Positions 17,689 through 26,550 are shown, numbered from the stretch's first letter. The stretch is DNA of 64,000 nt from Desulfobacteraceae bacterium (GCA_011389735.1 JAABTS010000005.1:4338-68337); one strand, 5' to 3'. Translations and numbers: made by a program. Notes: generated from the letters alone by a model not told the origin.

Positions 17689-19503
17689 CTACCTGTTTCC
17701 CGCTGTTCCAGCCCCGGAACCGGAAAAGAGGCCGCCTGCGTCGAAAGTCCCGGCGGCTCCGCCCTGAAAACCGATTTTCCCGGCGGCTGCGTCGGATCGG
17801 TTCAATACGCCGTTTCCGTTTTCAACGGCGGCCGCCCATCGGCCGTTATCCCACGCGCGGATGGTAAAGTCGGCGTTCAGCCCGTTTCCGCTCAATTGAA
17901 CGGGTATTCCGGTTTGCGGGGTTTCATTGAAAGAACCGGATACGCCGTTCGTAGCCCAGATCGCCGGATCTCCGCCGGTAGCGTAGCTAAAAAAGATTAC
18001 ATCGTTCATATCAACCGCCAGATGATTGCCTTCGCCGCTCAAGCTAGCCCGTCCGATTTCCACACAAGGTATGTCGATCCGTTCCAGGTCGGTTTTCCGA
18101 TTGGCGGCCATATCCAGAAACCGGCCGCTTTCCAGGGCGACAAATCGCGCCGTGGCCTTCCATGTCCCTTCATCCGGAGAATATGTTCCGACAAGATCGC
18201 CTCCCGCTACGCCGGTCAGGCATTCTTGCCAGTTGACCCAGGCCGAAGCCGCTTTCGCACCGATTTCGCCGCCGGACCACTTTTCGCCTTCGAACCTGTA
18301 AAACCTTTGGCCCGAACTTTCCCTGTAATTCAAGTCCAGAGACCACCTGTCAAAGACGCTGTCGTCAAAATCGTCGTAAACGCCGGTGATATATACGTTT
18401 CCAATCCCCCAGTCCTGTTTTGTGATCCGGATATCCTCCCTGGCGATGGGACCGGCGAATATGCTTCCTCCGGACAAAGCGCCGTCGGAAAAACGACCGG
18501 GCGTATTGCCGACATAAAGATCCCATGATTTTTCCAGGTATTCGTCGGGTTCCTGTGTTGTGAGATCGATATCAACGGGCATCCGGATCAATACGTTCGT
18601 TCCGGGTATTCGAAAACCTGCCCCATCTTCCGTTTCCAGGGAATAAAAGAAATCTTCCTGTTCATAGGAGCCGATATCGATGGTGTATGCGAATTCAGTA
18701 AAAATACGCCGTTCGCTCAAAAAAACGTCGCCTCCGAAACCCGCGGCCGGAGATCCCGGCATTCGGCCGGCGCCCGGCCGATTTCCGCCGGGTTTGGCAA
18801 GAAACCCCTTTCCAGCGGACGTATCTTCCGTTATCTCCCCGGATTCGGGGATATTTTTCTTATCGCCCGGAGGAGATTCCCCGGAAGATGTTTCTTTCGA
18901 ATGACGTTGGAGTTCGATTTCAGTAACCGGCCTGATGGTCAAGGGCGTATCGAAGGACCGAACGAGAGCCGCCTGTCCGGCTTTGATCGTCCTGACGTCG
19001 TCCGGTTCGCTGATTGCGTATGCGTATCCTTCTCCCTCACTGAAAATCGCTCCGCTAACGCCCTGCTGATAATACACGAAAAAATCAGTCCCTCTGACCC
19101 CAACTACGGCGGTCTTGGTGCGAACCTCGTATTCCTTTTTGCGGCCCGATGTTTTGGAAATAATGCTCCGAATTTTACCTCTCAGGAGATTCAGTACGCT
19201 GCTGGTTTTGTTTTCATTCGTGACAAAGGATGCAATCAGGAATCTCGACCCCGGCGCAATTTGAATCAGAGCGCCGTCGGAAAGTTTTATTTCGGCCCGG
19301 CCGTCGCTTTTTGTGCGGATAATGTCCGATTCGAACACGACGTCGCCGTGGTTGGCCGGCCTGGCCGGTTCGCCGGGCGACGTTATATCCACACGCCCCT
19401 GAACACTGGTAAACGCTCCGGCGTTTTCACCATAAGCCGCAAACCGGGGCAATAGAAACCAAACCGGTATCGTCAACCAAATGAAAATCGATATTTTTTT
19501 CAT
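17689..19503 (-). CDS. secreted FecR-domain protein with ~400-aa unrecognised C-terminal region
   Basis: Preferred start is the ATG at 19503 (MKKISIFIWLTIPVWFLL..., SD AAGGA); the track start is 19536. FecR-type motif GRVDITSPG..DIIRTKSDGRAEIKLSDGALIQIAPGSRF..VGVRGTDF. Confidence 0.75.
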   Translation of the reverse strand: MKKISIFIWLTIPVWFLLPRFAAYGENAGAFTSVQGRVDITSPGEPARPANHGDVVFESDIIRTKSDGRAEIKLSDGALIQIAPGSRFLIASFVTNENKTSSVLNLLRGKIRSIISKTSGRKKEYEVRTKTAVVGVRGTDFFVYYQQGVSGAIFSEGEGYAYAISEPDDVRTIKAGQAALVRSFDTPLTIRPVTEIELQRHSKETSSGESPPGDKKNIPESGEITEDTSAGKGFLAKPGGNRPGAGRMPGSPAAGFGGDVFLSERRIFTEFAYTIDIGSYEQEDFFYSLETEDGAGFRIPGTNVLIRMPVDIDLTTQEPDEYLEKSWDLYVGNTPGRFSDGALSGGSIFAGPIAREDIRITKQDWGIGNVYITGVYDDFDDSVFDRWSLDLNYRESSGQRFYRFEGEKWSGGEIGAKAASAWVNWQECLTGVAGGDLVGTYSPDEGTWKATARFVALESGRFLDMAANRKTDLERIDIPCVEIGRASLSGEGNHLAVDMNDVIFFSYATGGDPAIWATNGVSGSFNETPQTGIPVQLSGNGLNADFTIRAWDNGRWAAAVENGNGVLNRSDAAAGKIGFQGGAAGTFDAGGLFSGSGAGTAGNR

Positions 19504-19565
19504 GTCGAAGTCCTTTTTTGCCGGCAAGTAAAACAATGAAGCGGAACAGCCGGTTATGCTTCAAT

Positions 19566-21080
19566 TCAAAATCTCAATTCGACACCGGCTGAAAAAATGT
19601 TTCGAGTGTAATCGTAAACGCCGATATTGGAATTGCATCGGGTTCGAGCATAGTGCAGCAACAGGCTTAAACGCCGGTCTATGTCCAAGGTCAATCCCAA
19701 TGTTCCAGTGTTCGTGCGATCCTCGCGTTCTTTTCCGAAAAGAGTGTGTTTATTCGCGTAATCCTGAATCAAAGAATCGATTCCGGCCTGAAACCGCAAG
19801 GATTCCGTCAATGAAAAAACCGCGGCGGCGGTGAACCGGTTTCCCATGTTCTCCCAATTGGCCCCTTCCGTATCTTCATAAACAAATTCATATTTCAGAT
19901 TGAAAAGCCACCGTTCCCGAATCAGCCATATCCAGTCCAGCCGGGCTTGAGCGCCGCTTGAATCCCGGTTTTCAATCCGAAGATCAGGGTCGTCGAAAAA
20001 ATCGTTCCGTATATACCCCGCAAACGCTTCAAAGAAATGGTTTTTCATGAGGAACGTTTTAAGCGAGGGCCCTACTGTCAAACTTCCGAGGTACCCTTTG
20101 TAATCGGGATTTCTGCGTAAATAATGACCATAACGGGCGCGGATTCCGAAATTGAATTTTCCGGCCGAATATCCGGGCCTGACGGTCAGGCTGTTTCCAA
20201 TAAGGTCGTGGGAATCGCCGTGATTCTCATGAAGGTTCACCATTCCCGAGTATTGCGCGTAAAAATCGAAGGGGCCTTCCAGATTCGGAAGGAATTCCAG
20301 GCGGAGCGTATCCGTCGTCACGAATCCCCGTTCGTTGGTTATGCCTTCCGCGGAGGCGTCGTCCGTGGGTTTCAGAACCATGTTGGTGTCGTACTGGCCG
20401 AGGATAGTGAGCGTCAACCGAAACGGCCTTTCAGCAAACAGGCGATTTTCAAGCATATCGTAGTAATTGCGCGCAAACAAGGCCAGATCGGATTCGGGAT
20501 CGCCGGCCATGACCTTCTTGAAAATATCCCTGGCCGCCTCAAGTTCCTTCAGTTCGATTTGGCATATTCCGATTTGGAAATCGCAGGATCTCGCCATTTC
20601 CGGATCAAGTTTCCCGGCTGTTTCAAACGACTCCGCCGCTTTGGAAAATTCTCTCTCGAGCATGAAAGCGCGGCCTTTGAAAAAAGCGGTTGCGGCCGGA
20701 TAAATTCCCTCCTTCTCGGCCGTGTTTATCCAATACCATATTTCAGTACGCTTTTCTGGATCCGATTGAAGAAACAGGACATCGATGAGTTCGATCAGCG
20801 CCTCTTTTATTTTGGGAGTCAAATTGACGGCGTCTTTTAAATGCTTTTCGGCAAGGTCGTACTCAATCGCCTTCTTGTAAGACATTCCCAGGAAAAACGC
20901 CGCCAGGGAAGATTCGGGAGATTCCAGCCTGGCCCTGGTCAATAATTCGATGGCCTCTTCGTAATTCTCGGCCTTGTATTCGGCCATGCCTTTGAGCGTC
21001 GATTCGGTTTGACCAAACCCCGGAGCTGCAAGAAATACGGAGAAAAGAATCAGCGACAGCCGTTGGAGGGTTCTTTTCAT
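19566..21080 (-). CDS. outer-membrane protein: N-terminal TPR domain + C-terminal beta-barrel (Slam/DUF560- or YaiO-like architecture)
   Basis: 504 aa. Signal peptide LILFSVFLAAPGFGQ. TPR-like helices in the first ~200 aa. Alternating-hydrophobic beta-strand pattern afterwards, ending in GVELRF (terminal aromatic typical of OMPs). Confidence 0.7.
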   Translation of the reverse strand: MKRTLQRLSLILFSVFLAAPGFGQTESTLKGMAEYKAENYEEAIELLTRARLESPESSLAAFFLGMSYKKAIEYDLAEKHLKDAVNLTPKIKEALIELIDVLFLQSDPEKRTEIWYWINTAEKEGIYPAATAFFKGRAFMLEREFSKAAESFETAGKLDPEMARSCDFQIGICQIELKELEAARDIFKKVMAGDPESDLALFARNYYDMLENRLFAERPFRLTLTILGQYDTNMVLKPTDDASAEGITNERGFVTTDTLRLEFLPNLEGPFDFYAQYSGMVNLHENHGDSHDLIGNSLTVRPGYSAGKFNFGIRARYGHYLRRNPDYKGYLGSLTVGPSLKTFLMKNHFFEAFAGYIRNDFFDDPDLRIENRDSSGAQARLDWIWLIRERWLFNLKYEFVYEDTEGANWENMGNRFTAAAVFSLTESLRFQAGIDSLIQDYANKHTLFGKEREDRTNTGTLGLTLDIDRRLSLLLHYARTRCNSNIGVYDYTRNIFSAGVELRF

Positions 21081-21115
21081 GAATGAATCTCCCGGATTGA
21101 GTTGAACTGGCTTCT

Positions 21116-21218
21116 ATGGCTTTACAAAAATTAAATTTTTACCGCTTTGCCGGCCCTGGAACATGAACAGTATTTTATCCCGGCCCGCCGTCTTGTGAAA
21201 TGTAATTTCCGAAAACAT
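21116..21218 (-). repeat. REP-A copy (full, reverse orientation)
   Basis: ATGGCTTTACAAAAATTAAATTT..GCCGGCCCTGG..TATCCCGGCCCGCCGTCTTGTGAAATGTAATTTCCGAAAACAT. Confidence 0.75.
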
Positions 21219-21284
21219 ATTAAACATCTGATACCCGAATACGGGCGGTTTTGCAATAGCTTTGACGACTATTTTCAAAAAAAC

Positions 21285-21328
21285 ATCCGGGCCCGCCGGC
21301 TTTTGAAATTTAATTCCTGAAAAACTAT
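21285..21328 (-). repeat. REP-A fragment (one arm)
   Basis: ATCCGGGCCCGCCGGCTTTTGAAATTTAATTCCTGAAAAACTAT. Confidence 0.65.
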
Positions 21329-21447
21329 AATATGGGCCAAACATCTTAAACACGGATGAATACGGATGAACGTAAATGGATATTATCATTATAAAATCCA
21401 TATTTATCCGTGTCCATCCGCGCCGTGTACTGGCCGAAGATAGAACC

Positions 21448-21524
21448 AGGCGGCAGGCCTGGGATAATACTATTCGTATATCCCAGGCCGATAACGCAAT
21501 GAAATTTAATTTCTGGAAGACTAT
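21448..21524 (+). repeat. REP-A copy (lacks outer left arm)
   Basis: AGGCGGCAGGCCTGGGATAATACTATTCGTATATCCCAGGCCGATAACGCAATGAAATTTAATTTCTGGAAGACTAT. Confidence 0.8.
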
Positions 21525-21679
21525 CTTGTCGTTCGCTTTTTGATTTTTGTAATGACGAATTCTTCGTAAACGCTTGTATGCCGGAATAGTTTCAATCACG
21601 ATTTTCCGTTGATCCGCCCGTGAACAGTCATCCTGCCTGTTCAAACAGCCTTGAAGGTGCTCGCTCCGATTGCGAGAGA

Positions 21680-21928
21680 ATTAGACGGTGCGTTACTGCG
21701 TTCATACCGATTTTCCATAGAAAATGAAATGATTAATTGTGAATACGTTTGCTTTAAACATATTTTGGAGCAGTCCGCCGCGCCTAACGCACCCTACACG
21801 GCTTTTCATTGCTCTGTAGGGTGTGTTAGGCGCGGCGTAAAAGCTGATAATGAGTAAATTGAAAAAATTGGAAAAAACCGCTGTATCACAAAGCACAGCA
21901 TATACCGAAGCGTAACGCACCGTTTAAT
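21680..21928. mobile_element. MITE-like element (repeat family F) with 17-bp terminal inverted repeats and central 23-bp hairpin
   Basis: TIRs are ATTAGACGGTGCGTTAC (21680-96) and the reverse complement of 21912-28, ATTAAACGGTGCGTTAC (16/17 match). Central stem 21776-98 / 21815-37 (22/23 match). The left ~90 bp recurs inverted at 2146-2232. Confidence 0.5.
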
Positions 21929-22264
21929 CTGATTCAAAATCAAATTATTAGCGGCGTCAAATCAGCTAAAACCTGAAAAACTAAAAAAAAATTCAAAAAC
22001 CGTCATTTTTTGCTGATCCATTTCAGATCTTCCCATTCCTAACCGAATGCGGCGTTGGGAATGAATCTTTGGACATTTTTCCCATAGGCGCGAAGGTTTT
22101 CGCCTTTTCGGTAGGAACACCACTCCGGCTTCCGAACGAACCTTCATGCGTCCTTTTGCAAATTGCTATTCGTTTCCGGGGATGCAATAAATATAATCGG
22201 ATTATAAAGGGTTACGGAGGTTGAAGCAAAACGTGAAGACAGGGAAGGAGACGAAATCCGCGAT

Positions 22265-22837
22265 TTACCCGGACTCTTTTTTTTTGGTCTTTGGCTTATC
22301 GAATATTTCCCAGAGATCAATCCGGATTGCAATTGTAGAGAGCGAAAAAGATTCGTCCCAGTTGGTTATTTCAGGTTTTCCATATTCGCCTTGATCCAGG
22401 GTGTATTTTTCGATGTATTCCGCTTCCGGGAATACGATGATGTATTCATGGACGCCGGATTGTTCATACAGTTTTTTCTTTTCCCGTTTATCTTTCAGTT
22501 CCGTGGATGGGGAGGCGATTTCAATGATGAGATCCGGCGGGCCTTGAATGTTCAATTCAGTAATTTTGTTTTTTTCACACACCAGGAATACATCCGGTTG
22601 AACAACGTTATGTGTGTCAAAGACGACATCCGTGGGAGCGATTCCGGTGTAGCAGAGATTATTTGGATGTTCTTTCAATTTGATGTAAAGATTGCCTAAG
22701 ATATCCTGATGCTTTACGCGAGGCGCGGGGCTCATGTCGAAAATCACGCCGTCGATGATTTCACATCTTATATCATCCGGCCAGTTTTTATAATCTTCAT
22801 TTGTGTATTTGTCGTCTTTCGCGGCCGGCAAGCTCAT
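22265..22837 (-). CDS. Uma2-family (DUF820) putative endonuclease
   Basis: 190 aa. N-terminal YTNEDYKNWPDD.RCEIIDGVIFDMSPAP and core PDVFLV...PDLIIEIASPST match the Uma2/PD-(D/E)XK pattern. Confidence 0.75.
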   Translation of the reverse strand: MSLPAAKDDKYTNEDYKNWPDDIRCEIIDGVIFDMSPAPRVKHQDILGNLYIKLKEHPNNLCYTGIAPTDVVFDTHNVVQPDVFLVCEKNKITELNIQGPPDLIIEIASPSTELKDKREKKKLYEQSGVHEYIIVFPEAEYIEKYTLDQGEYGKPEITNWDESFSLSTIAIRIDLWEIFDKPKTKKKESG

Positions 22838-23013
22838 TTTGGCGTCCTGTTTTGTTACTACAATTGTATTATTTTCAAGGTACCAGGTTTCATGCTTTCA
22901 ATAAAGATTTTTCAGTTTTCCTGATCAGGGACGCCTCACTTATTTTGAGTGATGCAGCGAAAGCACCGCCCTAATTTATCAAATTAAATAAGTGTCCCCC
23001 GATTGCTCCCCGT

Positions 23014-23451
23014 TCAACTTCCAACCAATCGCCTCAGTTCATCGATGTACGAATGAAAATCATTGATTGATTTTGCATTACCTCCGGAATATCTTGAAAC
23101 GCTTCCGGTGAAGGAGATCAAGCGGTATTTTTCCCGCGGGTTTTTTAAACTGAGTACAATTTGATAGGTTTCATAGCGAGAGTCTTTTAATGTACTTTCA
23201 TCGTATTTGGTGTCAATAGTGTCGATCCGGTCAAAGGGAATTGTTTTTTCGGATTTGATCCACCACAGCCACCGCGTCGAAATGTCGATACGGCGCAGCT
23301 TGCCATCCACTTCGACAGTCCGAAGATAAGAGAAAAGGCATATTATCTGATGAATCAGACTCGTTCTTGAATTAAGCGTCTTATCTTCCAACCATACTTT
23401 CGGCGTCATCAAAACCAGCCCTCCCGATTGAAATTGTGGGCCTGGTTCCAT
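23014..23451 (-). CDS. hypothetical protein
   Basis: ORF 23014..23499. The first 16 codons lie in a GCAGAGGCGCAGAG hairpin repeat, so the ATG at 23451 (MEPGPQFQ...) is preferred. No recognisable motif. Confidence 0.4.
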   Translation of the reverse strand: MEPGPQFQSGGLVLMTPKVWLEDKTLNSRTSLIHQIICLFSYLRTVEVDGKLRRIDISTRWLWWIKSEKTIPFDRIDTIDTKYDESTLKDSRYETYQIVLSLKNPREKYRLISFTGSVSRYSGGNAKSINDFHSYIDELRRLVGS

Positions 23452-23467
23452 TTCCGGCCAATATGTT

Positions 23468-23543
23468 TTCACCGCAGAGGCGCAGAGGACGCAGAGCATT
23501 TAATTGTTTTCACCTTTGCGAACTCTGCGTCTCTGCGGTGAGT
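23468..23543 (-). repeat. repeat family G copy
   Basis: The reverse complement GACTCACCGCAGAGACGCAGAGTTCGCAAAGGTGAAAACAATTAAATGCTCTGCGTCCTCTGCGCCTCTGCGGTGAA aligns with 2502-2567. Self-complementary arms. Confidence 0.7.
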
Positions 23544-23595
23544 CTATTCAACCGGCGGTGGCTGCCGAAGCTATAACCAGGCCCGAAATTGGGTT

Positions 23596-23731
23596 TGGTT
23601 ATAATTTCGGCTTTTTTAATAAAACCACGAAATAAACGAAACACACCAAAAAAATTTCATCAGTATTTTCATGTATTTCGTGGTAGTATCCAAAAACATA
23701 ATCGGCCGGTTTTCGAACCAACCCCGAGTAT
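23596..23731 (+). repeat. repeat family B copy, immediately 3' of tRNA-Arg
   Basis: 23617-23727 aligns with 28773-28891 (TAATAAAACCACGAAATAAACGAAAC...GTATTTCGTGGTAGTATCCAAAAACATAATCGGCCGGTTTT[C/T]GAACCAACCCCGA). Contains an 11-bp stem ACCACGAAATA/TATTTCGTGGT. Confidence 0.75.
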
Positions 23732-23743
23732 TGATATTATTGA

Positions 23744-23816
23744 TGCCCCCGGCAAGAATCGAACTTGCGGCGCATGGATTAGGAATCCAATGCTCTATCC
23801 ACTGAGCTACGGGGGC
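23744..23816 (-). tRNA. tRNA-Arg (anticodon CCT)
   Basis: The reverse complement folds as a 73-nt cloverleaf: acceptor GCCCCCG/CGGGGGC, D-arm GCTC/GAGC, anticodon loop TTCCTAA, T-arm GCAAG-TTCGATT-CTTGC, discriminator A. CCA is not encoded. Confidence 0.95.
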
Positions 23817-23932
23817 TTTGTGAAAGATTGACACCTCTTATAGCTCAGTTTCATTGGTTTGACAAGAAAAAAGTTATTCCGCCGCTGTTTGGAATTCAGT
23901 TTGTTTTTTCAGCGGCTTTGTCCTTAGAATGG

Positions 23933-24691
23933 TTATTCGGTTTTTTCGGCGGGATCGAGATTCACCCGCAGATAATCGAGCAAATGGCTGTATTCGGCTT
24001 TTTCCGGATTCAAACGCGCCGCATTTCCGGCGTCTTTGAGAGCCTTTCTGAATTCGCCTTTCATTCCCCATACCAGGCCTCTGAAATAGTAGGCTCCGGC
24101 AAACGCCGGGTTGATATTGAGCGCATCAGTGTAATCGGAGATCGCCCGGTCGAAATCGTTTTTGACCATCCAGATCAATCCGCGGTTATAATAGGCTTCC
24201 GATTCATGAGGGTTGATTTCCAGAGCCTTGTTGTAATCCGACACGGCGCGGTCGTATTCTTCGATCATCCCCCACAAAAGCCCTCGATAATAGTAGGCCT
24301 TTGATTTTGAAGGATCGATAAAGATGGCTTCGTTATAATCCGCCAGGGCGAGATCGTACTTTCCGATTTCGGTCAGTATTGCGCCCCGCTTGATGTAGGC
24401 CTCCGCATTGTGCGGATTGATTTCCAGGTATCGCGTATAATCCGACACCGCGCGTTCATAATTTCCCTTGATACCCCACGCCATCCCTCTACTCAGATAC
24501 GCCGTCGCAGCATCCGGATTGTTTTCAATCACTTCGTTGCAGTTTGAAATGGCCGTATCCACAATGCCGCTTTGTTCCATCAGTGAACCTTCGTCCGTCT
24601 TAGCCGCTCCCGAGTAACCGGATAGTACAGCGACAATGACGACGGACGCCAAACCAAAACCAATTTGTTTCTTTTTCATTGATTTCATCAT
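23933..24691 (-). CDS. secreted TPR-repeat protein
   Basis: 252 aa. Signal peptide, then about six tandem 34-aa TPR units (AYYNRGLIW..DFDRAISDYTDALNINP etc.). Confidence 0.8.
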   Translation of the reverse strand: MMKSMKKKQIGFGLASVVIVAVLSGYSGAAKTDEGSLMEQSGIVDTAISNCNEVIENNPDAATAYLSRGMAWGIKGNYERAVSDYTRYLEINPHNAEAYIKRGAILTEIGKYDLALADYNEAIFIDPSKSKAYYYRGLLWGMIEEYDRAVSDYNKALEINPHESEAYYNRGLIWMVKNDFDRAISDYTDALNINPAFAGAYYFRGLVWGMKGEFRKALKDAGNAARLNPEKAEYSHLLDYLRVNLDPAEKTE

Positions 24692-25040
24692 TAACTCCTT
24701 TGCACCTGGCTTGAGATCGAAAAATCTTGCTTTTTAATGAATTCATGTTGATCGGAATGAACGAAAAACCGATAAACACCGACTGGTTGCTTGAAATAAG
24801 TTTCAGGCAAAGGCGTTGAAAAGGCAATGGGGTTTACCCGGTATTCCCTGATAGGGAACACCTGCTTCGGTCTGCATCATTTTTGTATGAACGATTATTT
24901 ACAGGTTTTCAAAAATTGGATTTAACAAGAAATGTAGAGAGGAGGAATGAATGGAAAGGCGGGGGCGGCAAGACCTTTATTGCCCGTCTTTTCGATCTTG
25001 CCGCCGGCGTGGCCGATGTCAGGTAATATCGGAAACTCCG

Positions 25041-25496
25041 TTATTTGTAATAACCCGCTCCGACAAATGTTTCATCGCCTGTTTTCAGAATATAACTCAC
25101 TTTTTCAGAAGGCGTTTCTTCGCCGGGCTTTGGCCACATGTAATCGACCCAGCCGTCTCCGGACGAAGTGGCCACCTTGATAAACTCCTTGAAAAATTCC
25201 TTGCCGCTCGAATCTTTCAGATCCGACAGGTTTTTACCGATCAGGCTCGGTTTGATCGGATGACCGATCATTACTCCCTTCGTGTCCATCAGAAATACAT
25301 AGGTGTTGGGAGTAACGAATTTGCCGTCTTTTTTATTGATTTCCGCCGTGGCGGCTTCAAGCCCTATTTTCTTGATCATATCCGCAGCCTCCTTACATTT
25401 GGAAACTGCTTCATCCCGGGCCGACTCCGCTGTTGCAGACAGGGTGAAACAACACACAATCATAACGATAACCACACCAATATAAAACCGCTTCAT
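25041..25496 (-). CDS. periplasmic stand-alone single-Cache-like domain protein
   Basis: 151 aa. Signal peptide. Motif YVFLMDTKGVMIGHP...GKNLSDLKDSSGKEFFKEF...GDGWVDYMWPKPG is typical of sCache_2-type sensor domains. Confidence 0.55.
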   Translation of the reverse strand: MKRFYIGVVIVMIVCCFTLSATAESARDEAVSKCKEAADMIKKIGLEAATAEINKKDGKFVTPNTYVFLMDTKGVMIGHPIKPSLIGKNLSDLKDSSGKEFFKEFIKVATSSGDGWVDYMWPKPGEETPSEKVSYILKTGDETFVGAGYYK

Positions 25497-25741
25497 TTTC
25501 CTTCCTCCTCATTTTGGTTTACTGACGATTGATTTTATGTCCCGTACAATACCTCAAGCTCGATTGATATTCGAGGTCACCTCCTTTCTTTAATGTTTTC
25601 GGGCGAGAGTCGATAATTTAATTCCGGGACGAACGTTTATGCTTACCAAATTTCGGTAATAAAATTCAAGAAATAAATTATATGATGTGCATTTAAAAAA
25701 TGAATACAGTTCATGTTTTTGCGCTTTTCAATATCCGAATA

Positions 25742-25770
25742 TTGACGTTGGGGCCTTTTCAAGGTATTCT
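25742..25770 (+). promoter_or_regulatory. sigma70-like promoter candidate upstream of 25887 gene
   Basis: TTGACG (25742-47), 17-nt spacer, TATTCT (25765-70). Confidence 0.3.
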
Positions 25771-25886
25771 ATGGTTTTCTATTGAGTTTTTCGAAAACCT
25801 GTAGTCTTCCGGGAAAAAATTTCCGTAAAGCCATATATTTTCGAAAAGCGGCATATTGATAAACACGCTTAACTTGAGGAGGAAAC

Positions 25887-26435
25887 ATGTACTTTGAGAA
25901 ACCGGGAAAAGAGAATACGGCGTCCACATTGCAGGCGGCGTTTGAAAGGGGAAAAGAGCTGGGGATACAGGATATAGTCGTAGCGTCCTCGGCAGGCGAT
26001 ACAGCCTATCAGGCGCTTGAAATCTGTAAGGGATTCGACATTGTGATGGTGACCTATCATTGTGGTGTTCGAGAGCCGTTTAAAAACGTTTTGAAGGATG
26101 ATGTCCGCAAAGATTTGGAATCCAAAGGGGTTCGTATCGTGTCGGCGACCCATGCTTTATCGGGGGTTGAGCGATCTGTGGCGAAAAAGTTTTCCGGCCT
26201 TTATCCGGCGCTTCTTATTGCTGAAACGTTAAGGCTTTTCGGGCAGGGAACCAAAGTTGCGGTTGAGATTGCGATTATGGCTGCGGATGCGGGGATGTTG
26301 GCGGGAACGGATATTATTTCGGCGGGCGGAACAGCGAAAGGGGCGGATTCGGCGCTTGTTTTGAAGCCCGCGAACCAGTCCGATCTTTTTGATATGAAAA
26401 TCAGGGAAATCATTTGTAAGCCCCGGGATTTTTGA
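25887..26435 (+). CDS. pyruvate kinase alpha/beta (C-terminal) domain-like protein
   Basis: 182 aa. SD GAGGAGGAAAC before the ATG. Pattern IVVASSAGDTA...GTKVAVEIAIMAADAG resembles stand-alone PK_C-like proteins. Confidence 0.5.
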   Translation: MYFEKPGKENTASTLQAAFERGKELGIQDIVVASSAGDTAYQALEICKGFDIVMVTYHCGVREPFKNVLKDDVRKDLESKGVRIVSATHALSGVERSVAKKFSGLYPALLIAETLRLFGQGTKVAVEIAIMAADAGMLAGTDIISAGGTAKGADSALVLKPANQSDLFDMKIREIICKPRDF

Positions 26436-26550
26436 CATCTTGCAGGCCCCTTCGAGACTGTTATTGCACATATAATCATGTGGTTAGCGCCAAATCCGTT
26501 GACATGGAACGAACTCTATTCTATGCTGGCCTGAAATCATAATGGTATTT

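Noticed and set aside
19566-21080. Naming the TPR/beta-barrel protein outright as a Slam (surface lipoprotein assembly modulator)
   Set aside because: Only the architecture (TPR + ~280-aa barrel + terminal Phe) supports this, with no sequence-level DUF560 evidence without an HMM search. The putative cargo is not a lipoprotein (no lipobox). It is described as Slam/YaiO-like architecture instead.
21114-21644. 176-aa minus-strand ORF in the gap after the OMP gene
   Set aside because: It is built almost entirely from REP-A copies (21116-21218, 21285-21328, 21448-21524) and a low-complexity palindrome. It has no SD and no protein-like motifs.
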